IMG/VR virus record: IMGVR_UViG_3300042465_001781
Coordinates: 1-61,730 of that record
Length of the DNA: 61,730 nt
Reading direction: 5' to 3' (one strand)
Source: a virus
Taxonomy: Duplodnaviria > Caudoviricetes
Shown here piece by piece: positions 9,182-17,289 of the stretch (the first letter of the stretch is position 1; every line of letters starts with the position of its first letter). The notes beneath the pieces were generated by a model. The model saw nothing but the letters and a program-made list of their open reading frames with translations, ran no database searches and was not told the origin of the DNA. The position numbers and the translations under genes are program-made.

Positions 9182-9396
9182 AGGATTCTCCCCAGCTTGT
9201 TGCACACAAAGACCTTCATCGCTGCCATCGCTTGCTCATCCTTGCCCATGTGCAGCAGGTCGTAAATCTCACGGATACTGAGGTCGTCCGCAAGGCTTTC
9301 GCAGGACTCTGAACCCCGCTCGGCTAGCTCGTCGCGTAGCTCTCCATCAGAGAACTGACTGAGGTCTACTTCCACTTCTACAGTTACGTAGCTCAT
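9178..9396 (-). CDS. Acidic hypothetical protein (MSYVTVEVEVDL...)
   Basis: ORF track trimmed; GGAG RBS. Confidence 0.7.
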   Translation of the reverse strand: MSYVTVEVEVDLSQFSDGELRDELAERGSESCESLADDLSIREIYDLLHMGKDEQAMAAMKVFVCNKLGRIL

Positions 9397-9657
9397 GCTT
9401 TCTCCTTCATTAGTTTCTTGAATTGGTGCATAACGCTGTGCCTCCCCTTGGCGATGAACTCGTAGGTTGCTGGTTGGCTTTTGCCCCAAGAGTTGAACTC
9501 CTTCTCTTGAACAACGGCTAACTCAACAGAGTTAGAAAAGAACACACGGCACAGCACCCATACATCAGTCTTAAGGCACACTTGCTTCCTCCAACTCGCG
9601 TACCTTGTCCCACTCAGCGGCTTTGTATTCTTCCCATGTCATGTCGTTGCTCCTTCC

Positions 9658-9873
9658 TTAACAGTTGTTAATTGCTGCGGCCAGAGTCAGCAACTCGGGG
9701 TCGATTAACTCCGGCTCACCAAACGCACCCATGTCGTTGTCCAGCAGGGCCAGCAACTCAGCAAACTCGCCCGATACCTCCTCGGCCAGTGATACATCAG
9801 GCTCATCACCCAGCAGCACCTGTGCGGCTAACTCTTGGGCGCGTTCCAACATAGCGGTAAGTCTTGTTTTCAT
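9658..9873 (-). CDS. Acidic hypothetical protein
   Basis: ORF track; AAGGA RBS. Confidence 0.65.
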   Translation of the reverse strand: MKTRLTAMLERAQELAAQVLLGDEPDVSLAEEVSGEFAELLALLDNDMGAFGEPELIDPELLTLAAAINNC

Positions 9874-9903
9874 TTTGTGTCCTTAGATAACAGTTGTTAG
9901 GTC

Positions 9904-10140
9904 TTACGACCGAGTTGATTTCTGGTTTGTGTCCAGCAGGGTTGTGCGTGCTGCTGCGGTTGTGACGAATTGGTAGTTACCCTTGGTGTACTCCTGCACC
10001 ACGCACCATGAGGCGCGTTCGGCTTTGGCTCGGTCTTCACCGCAGAACAGGCAACAGCGATAGCCCAGCGCCCAGCGCTCGACGGGGAACTCATCACCGC
10101 AGTCGGCGCACTCTTTCCAGTCCATGTTGCCCATCTTCAT
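9904..10140 (-). CDS. DksA/TraR-like C4 zinc-finger protein
   Basis: CADCGDEFPVERWALGYRCCLFC pattern. Confidence 0.6.
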   Translation of the reverse strand: MKMGNMDWKECADCGDEFPVERWALGYRCCLFCGEDRAKAERASWCVVQEYTKGNYQFVTTAAARTTLLDTNQKSTRS

Positions 10141-10244
10141 GCCCTCCAGAACCAGATATCCAGACCGGCCACGATGAGGCACACGGCATAGATGAAGTAC
10201 AGGATGCGCTGGGCGGGGTTTAAGTTTGGTAGTTTGTCTGACAT
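10137..10244 (-). CDS. Small membrane protein (MSDKLPNLN...WFWRA), 35 aa
   Basis: Translated by hand; single hydrophobic helix; first ORF after the promoter at 10330. Confidence 0.5.
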   Translation of the reverse strand: MSDKLPNLNPAQRILYFIYAVCLIVAGLDIWFWRA

Positions 10245-10329
10245 TTTGTGTTTCCCTTGGTATGCCTAACAACTGTTAGGGCTGCTGGATTCGGGCGCAG
10301 TGAGTCCGCTTTTTTCCCATCCAACTTAT

Positions 10330-10358
10330 ATTATAACACAAAGTTATGTCTAAATCAA
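10330..10358 (-). promoter_or_regulatory. Sigma70-type early promoter TTGATT-17-TATAAT
   Basis: Perfect -10, 17-bp spacer. Confidence 0.8.
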
Positions 10359-10847
10359 TAGGAAGTCCCATTTTTAGCGATGGGCAATGACCAAAAGGGA
10401 TGTTACGAAATGGGGGCAGGGATTGTTATAATGTTACGCTTGACATTGTAAAACATAACAGAATATGTAACAAAAAGAACCCAGCATCCATGCGGGTTGC
10501 GGGGCGAAAATTGATGTATTGTTATAATGTTATATGATTTATAAGAAAGAGAGAGCCAGCCCAAAAAAGTTGCGTAATACAAATTGCGCTTGCTGCCTTG
10601 CGCGGCGCTTCAGATTTGACAGTGTTGGCGCTCTCAATTTCAAAATAAAACGTAACATGTAACAATAGGGGTTAAGTCGTTGATTTCATTGAAGAAAGTG
10701 TGTTACGAAAGTTTTTTGGCTTTGTAACATTGCCCCAAAACTGCCCAACTTTCGTAACAGACTAACAAATGTTACATTCTGGATTTGACAATACCAGCAG
10801 TAGGGGTTAATTTAGAACATAACAATATAACAGTCCGACGACGATTT

Positions 10848-10938
10848 TGGCCGCTGACGCCGCCCGGAGAACTGGTATACACCGACTACTCAAGCATCCA
10901 GAAGCATGGCCGCTGACGCCGCCCGGAGAACTGGTATA
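10848..10938. repeat. Perfect 32-bp direct repeat (10848-10879 and 10907-10938) with a 27-bp spacer
   Basis: TGGCCGCTGACGCCGCCCGGAGAACTGGTATA present twice. Confidence 0.92.
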
Positions 10939-10983
10939 GACCAGCCCTAACAAATGTTAGGTCGGTCGAGAAAATCCGGACAC

Positions 10984-11041
10984 AAAAAAGCCCGCATAAA
11001 GCGGGCAGGTGCGGGCACGAAAAAACCCGCCGAAGCGGGTT
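10984..11041 (-). terminator. Two tandem rho-independent terminators downstream of 11086..11598
   Basis: Minus strand AACCCGC-TTCG-GCGGGTTTTTT and GCCCGC-TTTAT-GCGGGC-TTTTTT. Confidence 0.8.
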
Positions 11042-11085
11042 AGTGAAGACTAACATATGTTAGGGGGCCGAAGCCCCCTCCCGTT

Positions 11086-11598
11086 TTACTTGCCGCTGTC
11101 GATCATGGACAAGTCCATTCCAAACGCTGTCAGTGCTGAGCTAACATGAGTCAGAACCTGCGACTGTTTATCGCTCAGACTATCCTGACGCTTCAGGAAT
11201 TTGTACAGTGGCACCAGCGTATCCACAATACGAACATCAGCGGACTTGCCGTGCTTTGCGCCACCCTCAGATTCCGGGGCAGTACCAAACATGGCCTCAT
11301 TCCCGTATTTGCGAACCCGTGCCCATACTGTAGAAGGGTTCGGGTGCTTGCCATTATGGTGCGCTGCGTGCAGTGCTTTATAGAACAACTCTTTCTCAGC
11401 CTTGACCAACTTACCCGCGTCGCTGATGTCATTTGCTTCGAAGGCAAACCATTCCGTCACGAATGACTCATTTAAGACCAGAGCATAGTTACGCTCAGAC
11501 GATGCAGTCGCGCCGGACTTATCGGCCACCTCTTGGCGGGCGGCGGCGATAGCGGTGAGGTCAAATGGGATAGCACTAGAGACAATGGATACTGACAT
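11086..11598 (-). CDS. Hypothetical first early protein with its own promoter and terminators
   Basis: 170-aa ORF. Confidence 0.8.
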   Translation of the reverse strand: MSVSIVSSAIPFDLTAIAAARQEVADKSGATASSERNYALVLNESFVTEWFAFEANDISDAGKLVKAEKELFYKALHAAHHNGKHPNPSTVWARVRKYGNEAMFGTAPESEGGAKHGKSADVRIVDTLVPLYKFLKRQDSLSDKQSQVLTHVSSALTAFGMDLSMIDSGK

Positions 11599-11653
11599 GA
11601 TACAAACCCTTTCAAGGTTTTATACTCGGGGACAATTCCCTTTGTATGACTGT

Positions 11654-11682
11654 ATTATATCACACAAAGTTATGTAATGCAA
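11654..11682 (-). promoter_or_regulatory. Sigma70-type early promoter TTGCAT-17-TATAAT
   Basis: Spacer shares ACATAACTTTGTGT with the promoter at 10330. Confidence 0.78.
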
Positions 11683-12018
11683 GCAAAGCGGGGGACAATA
11701 AATAAAGGGCATAACAATTGTTAGGGCGGTACGGCAAGGCAAAACGGGTAAGGGTTAACCCCACTACCACCCCACCCACCGGAATACGGGGAAAGGTACC
11801 TAGGGTCCTATACACTGGGTTGCACTCAAACAATATTCATTTTTTAAAAACGGGGTACATATTTTGTGTTCTAAAAAACACCCCCCACCCCCTGACTTTT
11901 TCCAAGACTACATTTATTTTTACTTGGCTGAAAAAAACCCCCCGGCATCATTCCAAAAAGCAAACCCCCCACCCCCATATTTTTTCTGTTATAGTTCGGC
12001 CATCTTCCCGCTAACCCG

Positions 12019-12639
12019 GTGCCTATGATCTCTATTACGCCTGACGCGGATCATCCGATCCCTTTCGATATGTCCGAGGAGTTGCCCAACACTCTTGCGG
12101 AAAGCGTAGCTATTGCTGCCAATACGATAGACATGCTCGAACAGCTTGGCGGCAGCATAGATTTCAAGCCAGAAGATTTTGCCAAGGCGGCTACGCTCAT
12201 CAAGGGCGAGAACCAAACCCCGCAGGTAAAGAACATCACAAGTACCGGCACTGCCAAGGTGCTGTCCATTGCGGTTAAAGAGTACGACTTCCAAGTCTTC
12301 TCTGACGTGCAGCAAGCACGGAACTTCATCACGAACAAGTTGGTGGGGATCGCAGACTGCGGAGACCCCAAGCTAGAACTCAAAGCTCTTGAGCTACTCG
12401 GCAAACACTCAGACATTGGCCTCTTCACGGAGCGCAGCGAGATCACGGTGCATCACACTACAAGTGAGTCACTGGAGAACTCCATCAAGGAGCGGGTCAA
12501 GCGTCTGCTCAACGCAGAGGTGGTAGATATCTCCCCAATTGACGATTTGGACGAACAATTAGGCCCCATCACTGAGCCGGGGACGTTCAAAGAAGTCGAT
12601 ACAGAGTCTCTGGATACGCTAGAAGATACAAATGACTAG
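12019..12639 (+). CDS. Putative terminase small subunit
   Basis: Immediately upstream of and overlapping terL; ALELLGK motif; mainly synteny. Confidence 0.6.
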   Translation: MPMISITPDADHPIPFDMSEELPNTLAESVAIAANTIDMLEQLGGSIDFKPEDFAKAATLIKGENQTPQVKNITSTGTAKVLSIAVKEYDFQVFSDVQQARNFITNKLVGIADCGDPKLELKALELLGKHSDIGLFTERSEITVHHTTSESLENSIKERVKRLLNAEVVDISPIDDLDEQLGPITEPGTFKEVDTESLDTLEDTND

Positions 12640-14155
12640 CCAAGTCTCCCTCAAAGACATAAACACCCTGATTAACTCGGGGAGTCTGTCGGAGTCTGAC
12701 CTTCGGGTGCTTGATGCGCAGCTTGATAAGCTGGAGGAGCTAAAAACCAACGAGTTGATGCACGAGAAGTTCATCAAGTTCGTTGAGAAGATGTGGCCGA
12801 GCTTCATTTCCGGGCGTCACCACAAGCGGATGGCAGAAGCGTTCGAGCGCGTGGCGAATGGGTCATGCAAACGGCTCATCATCAACATGCCACCCCGGCA
12901 CACCAAGTCAGAATTCGCCTCTTATCTGCTACCAGCTTGGTTTTTGGGTAAAAATCCGGGCAAAAAGGTGATCCAAACGTCCCACACTGCCGAATTAGCG
13001 GTGGGTTTTGGCCGAAAAGTACGAAATCTTGTGGATACTGAGGCTTACCACGATGTTTTTCCGGGGTTAGCGCTGCAAAGCGACTCGAAAGCTGCCGGTC
13101 GGTGGAACACGTCCAAGGGCGGTGACTATTTCGCTATCGGTGTAGGCGGTGCGGTGACCGGAAAGGGTGCTGACCTGCTGATTATTGACGATCCGCACTC
13201 TGAACAAGAGGCTGCGATGGCAGCTACGAATCCGGAAGTCTACGACAAGGTGTATGAGTGGTACACATCCGGTCCTCGGCAGCGTCTTCAGCCGGGTGGG
13301 GCGATTGTTATTGTGATGACGCGCTGGGCACAGCGGGACTTGACTGGTCAGGTGCTGAAATCCGCCGCTCAGCGCACGGGTGAGGAGTGGGAGGTCATCG
13401 AGTTCCCTGCGATTCTTCCATCGGGCAACCCACTCTGGCCTGAGTTCTGGTCGCTTGAAGAGTTGGAGGCACTGCACGAAGAACTGCCGAACTCCAAGTG
13501 GCAAGCACAGTATCAGCAGAACCCCGTTGGTAACGAGTCGGCGATTGTCAAACGAGATTGGTGGCAGTGGTGGGAGCAGGACAATCCACCTGAGTGCGAG
13601 TACGTACTCCAGACATGGGACACGGCGTTCGAGAAACATCAGAGGGCCGACTACTCTGCTGGGACGACGTGGGGGGTTTTTACCAACGAAGAGGACATGA
13701 CCAAAAACATCATCCTGTTGAACACGTACAAGAAACGTGTCGAGTGGGTGGACTTGAAGCGCGATGTGCTCAAGGAGTACAACGACTTTGAGCCGGACGG
13801 TCTGCTCATTGAGAAGAAGGCCACGGGTGCACCGCTGATCTATGAATTGCGAGCGATGGGTATACCTGTCATGGAGTACACCCCCAGTAAAGGACAAGAC
13901 AAAATAGCCCGTTTGAACAGTGTTTCGGACATAATTGCGTCAGGTAAAGTATGGGTGCCACGTACACGTTGGGCAGAGGAACTCGTGGACGAGATTGCTG
14001 CGTTTCCGTCAGGCGAACACGATGACTTGGTTGACGCAACAACACTGGCGCTTATGCGGTTCAGGCAGGGTGGCTTTCTTCGTTTGCCGAGCGACGAGCC
14101 AGAAGAAGTTAAATGGTTCAAGGGCGCTCGCCGCGAAAAGTTTTACACAATTTAA
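12632..14155 (+). CDS. terL: Terminase large subunit
   Basis: MPPRHTKS Walker A, LLIIDD Walker B, WDTA nuclease Asp, FP..HDDLVDA C-terminus. Confidence 0.95.
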   Translation: MTSQVSLKDINTLINSGSLSESDLRVLDAQLDKLEELKTNELMHEKFIKFVEKMWPSFISGRHHKRMAEAFERVANGSCKRLIINMPPRHTKSEFASYLLPAWFLGKNPGKKVIQTSHTAELAVGFGRKVRNLVDTEAYHDVFPGLALQSDSKAAGRWNTSKGGDYFAIGVGGAVTGKGADLLIIDDPHSEQEAAMAATNPEVYDKVYEWYTSGPRQRLQPGGAIVIVMTRWAQRDLTGQVLKSAAQRTGEEWEVIEFPAILPSGNPLWPEFWSLEELEALHEELPNSKWQAQYQQNPVGNESAIVKRDWWQWWEQDNPPECEYVLQTWDTAFEKHQRADYSAGTTWGVFTNEEDMTKNIILLNTYKKRVEWVDLKRDVLKEYNDFEPDGLLIEKKATGAPLIYELRAMGIPVMEYTPSKGQDKIARLNSVSDIIASGKVWVPRTRWAEELVDEIAAFPSGEHDDLVDATTLALMRFRQGGFLRLPSDEPEEVKWFKGARREKFYTI

Positions 14156-14164
14156 GGAACGAAC

Positions 14165-16678
14165 ATGGCAATGAACAAAGGCTTATACGCCGCCCCTTTG
14201 GGACTCGACCAGATCGATAACGAAGAGCCCGATATTGAAATTGAAATCGAGGACCCAGAGGCTGTGCATATTGGCATCGGCGGCATGGAGATTGATATTG
14301 TTAAAGGTGAAGGCACCGCCGAAGAGTTTGACGCCAATTTGGCCGAGTTCATGGACGACAGCGTGCTGGGCACTTTGGGCAGTGAACTGATTGAGGACTT
14401 TGGCAAAGACATCATGGACCGCAAGGACTGGATGCAGACTTATGTTGATGGTCTGAAGTTACTGGGTCTGAAGTACGAAGAGCGCACTGAACCTTGGAAC
14501 GGAGCCTGTGGTGTATTCCACCCTATGCTGACTGAATCAGTCGTGCGCTTCCAGTCAGAGGCAATGATGGAGACGTTCCCAGCGATGGGTCCAGTCAAGA
14601 CACAGATTGTTGGTGCTATCGACAGACTCAAAGAAGAGTCCGCTGCTCGCGTGCGCGAGGATATGAATTATCAACTGACCGATGTGATGGTCGAGTATCG
14701 GCCTGAGCACGAGAAGATGTTGTGGTCGCTGCCACTGGCAGGCTCTGCGTTCAAGAAGGTGTATTACGACCCGAGCAAGGGTCGTCAGACTGCGATGTTT
14801 ATCAGCGCTGAAGATATCGTGGTGCCCTATGGCGCGTCGAGTCTTGAGTCCTCCGAGCGCGTTTCACATGTGATGCGCAAGACAAAGAACGAGTTGCTGA
14901 AGTTGATGGCGGCTGGGTTCTACATGGACGTGGAGTTGGGCGAGCCGAGCCACGAGTTGGACGATATTGAGAAGCAGAAGGCAGAAGAGACGGGCATGTC
15001 TGCCACTCAGGACGACAGGTTCCGTGTGCTTGAGATGCACGTTGATTTGGACCTTGAAGGGTTTGAGGACAAGGATAAGGACGGCGAGATGACAGGTATC
15101 GCCCTGCCGTACGTTGTCACTGTTGAGAAGGGCACGCGCAAAATTCTGGCTATTCGCCGCAATTGGTACGAGGACGATGTGCTAATGACCAAGCGTCAAC
15201 ACTTCGTGCACTACCAGTACATTCCGGGCTTTGGCTTCTACGGCTACGGTCTGATTCACCTGATCGGTGGCTACGCCAAGTCCTCGACAATGATCCTGCG
15301 TCAGTTGGTCGATGCAGGTACGCTGTCTAATCTGCCGGGTGGTCTGAAGTCCCGTGGTCTGCGTATCAAGGGTGATGACACACCAATTGCACCGGGTGAG
15401 TTCCGTGACGTGGACGTGCCGAGCGGCTCCATCCGTGACAACATTCTCCCGTTGCCGTACAAAGAGCCAAGCCAAGTTCTATTCACGCTGTTCCAGAACA
15501 TTGTGTCGGAAGGCCGTAGCTTTGCATCCAGCGGTGACATGAATGTGAGCGACATGAGCGCTCAAGCCCCAGTGGGCACAACTCTGGCTCTGCTGGAGCG
15601 GACGTTGAAAGTGATGACGGCTGTTCAGGCCCGCATCCACTACGCCATGAAGCAGGAATTCAAACTGCTCAAGGTCATCATCGCCGACTACACACCAGAA
15701 GAGTATGACTACGAGCCGGAAGATGCTGGTCGTCGTGCCAAGAAGGCCGACTACGACGCAGTGGAGGTTATCCCTGTCAGCGATCCAAACGCGGCCACGA
15801 TGGCTCAGAAGATTGTGCAGTACCAAGCTGTTCTCCAGCTTGCACAGTCAGCACCCCAGTTGTACAACCTCCCACTTCTGCACCGTCAGATGATTGAAGT
15901 GTTGGGCATCAAGAACGCCAATAAGCTTGTGCCTGTTGACGAAGATGCAGTGCCAACAGACCCGGTGCAGGAGAATCAGAACCTGCTGACTGGCAAGCCG
16001 GTCAAGGCGTTCATGGAGCAGAACCATCAGGCCCACTTGGGTGTGCACATGGGTGCGATGCAGGACCCCAAGATCATGCAGATCGTCGGTCAGAACCCAC
16101 AAGCACAGATGATTCAAGCTGCAATGATGGCTCACATTAACGAGCACATTGCGTTTGAGTACCGCCGTCAGATGGAAGAGAAGATGGGCATGGTCTTGCC
16201 AAGCGAAGAAGAAACCAAAAACATGCCGCCTGAAATGGCTGACCAGATAGCTGTCATGGCGGCTCAAGCATCACAGGCCATTCTTCAGAAGAACCAGCAG
16301 GAAGCACAACAGCAACAGGCCCAGCAGCAGATGCAGGACCCGGTTATCCAGATGCAGATGCAGGAACTTCAAATCAAGCAGGGCGAGCTTCAACTCAAAC
16401 AGCAAAAGCTCCAGATCGACGCAGCGTCCAAAGCCGACCAGCTTCGCATCGAAGAGTCACGCATCGAGTCTCAGAAAGAGATTGCAGCCATGCAGGTCAG
16501 CGCTACCGCCGCCGCTGCTAAAGACCGTATTGAGAAACAGCAAGAGCTTGAAGGTGCTCGTATGGGCATTGATATGGCAAAGCACCGCGCACAACAGGCT
16601 ACGCAACGTGCACAGCAGTCCGCTCAACGCACGCAGCAGCAACCCCAAAATCGTACGCCACGTACAAAAGGAGAATGA
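14165..16678 (+). CDS. Portal protein with long Gln-rich C-terminal coiled coil (P22-like barrel)
   Basis: 837 aa, directly after terL; size and C-terminal composition fit. Confidence 0.85.
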   Translation: MAMNKGLYAAPLGLDQIDNEEPDIEIEIEDPEAVHIGIGGMEIDIVKGEGTAEEFDANLAEFMDDSVLGTLGSELIEDFGKDIMDRKDWMQTYVDGLKLLGLKYEERTEPWNGACGVFHPMLTESVVRFQSEAMMETFPAMGPVKTQIVGAIDRLKEESAARVREDMNYQLTDVMVEYRPEHEKMLWSLPLAGSAFKKVYYDPSKGRQTAMFISAEDIVVPYGASSLESSERVSHVMRKTKNELLKLMAAGFYMDVELGEPSHELDDIEKQKAEETGMSATQDDRFRVLEMHVDLDLEGFEDKDKDGEMTGIALPYVVTVEKGTRKILAIRRNWYEDDVLMTKRQHFVHYQYIPGFGFYGYGLIHLIGGYAKSSTMILRQLVDAGTLSNLPGGLKSRGLRIKGDDTPIAPGEFRDVDVPSGSIRDNILPLPYKEPSQVLFTLFQNIVSEGRSFASSGDMNVSDMSAQAPVGTTLALLERTLKVMTAVQARIHYAMKQEFKLLKVIIADYTPEEYDYEPEDAGRRAKKADYDAVEVIPVSDPNAATMAQKIVQYQAVLQLAQSAPQLYNLPLLHRQMIEVLGIKNANKLVPVDEDAVPTDPVQENQNLLTGKPVKAFMEQNHQAHLGVHMGAMQDPKIMQIVGQNPQAQMIQAAMMAHINEHIAFEYRRQMEEKMGMVLPSEEETKNMPPEMADQIAVMAAQASQAILQKNQQEAQQQQAQQQMQDPVIQMQMQELQIKQGELQLKQQKLQIDAASKADQLRIEESRIESQKEIAAMQVSATAAAAKDRIEKQQELEGARMGIDMAKHRAQQATQRAQQSAQRTQQQPQNRTPRTKGE

Positions 16679-16683
16679 TCTAA

Positions 16684-16881
16684 ATGGAAAACTATCGCGT
16701 GCTTGGGCACGTTGCTAAGGAGATTGACAAGCTCCGAGCCGACCAGATTAGCTTTTTAGTTGCTGGCAGCGTTAAAGATTTTGCCGAGTATCGGCATTTA
16801 TGCGGAGTCATCCGGGGTCTGACTTTCGCAGAAACTTTTGTCAACGACCTCGTGCAAAAAATGGAGACTAGTGATGACTGA
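16684..16881 (+). CDS. Small conserved hypothetical protein
   Basis: ORF track; lies between portal and GroES. Confidence 0.7.
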   Translation: MENYRVLGHVAKEIDKLRADQISFLVAGSVKDFAEYRHLCGVIRGLTFAETFVNDLVQKMETSDD

Positions 16882-17278
16882 TTTTGATCTCGCTGCGGTA
16901 GACCTCTCGGGTATCTTGAACAAGACGCCTGAGCAAAAAGCCAAGCAGTTGCCCGACCCTAAACGTTTTTTTGTTCTCTGTGTCATCCCCGATGCCGCTG
17001 AAGAGTTTGAAGACAGTACGCTAATTAAGTCCAGCCAAACCATGCACTACGAAGAGGTACTGACTCCCGTATTGTTTGTGGTCAAACTTGGCCCAGACGC
17101 TTACAAAGACCCGAGCCGATTCCCATCTGGGCCGTCGTGCAAGGAAGGTGATTTTGTCATCGTCCGCCCCAATTCAGGAACTCGCCTGAAAATTCATGGC
17201 CGTGAATTCCGCATCATCAACGATGACTCGGTTGAAGCAGTCGTGGAAGACCCGCGTGGTATTACGCGTGCATCGTAA
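16874..17278 (+). CDS. groES: GroES-like co-chaperonin (Cpn10)
   Basis: VVKLGPDAY...KEGDFVIV...GTRLKIHGREFRIINDDSVEAVV matches the Cpn10 pattern. Confidence 0.85.
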   Translation: MTDFDLAAVDLSGILNKTPEQKAKQLPDPKRFFVLCVIPDAAEEFEDSTLIKSSQTMHYEEVLTPVLFVVKLGPDAYKDPSRFPSGPSCKEGDFVIVRPNSGTRLKIHGREFRIINDDSVEAVVEDPRGITRAS

Positions 17279-17289
17279 AGGAACTAATC

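Larger units (their letters stand above)
2301..11724. promoter_or_regulatory. Cluster of 15 palindromic TAACA-NN-TGTTA sites (14-mers starting 2301, 3181, 4998, 6266, 6625, 7828, 7970, 8694, 9658, 9887, 10266, 10762, 10947, 11050, 11711)
   Basis: Read directly from the sequence; two more copies at 51728 and 55794; function inferred. Confidence 0.85.

Noticed and set aside
10848-10938. Formal CRISPR array call
   Set aside because: Only two repeats, the repeat is not recognised and there are no cas genes; kept as a repeat and a finding
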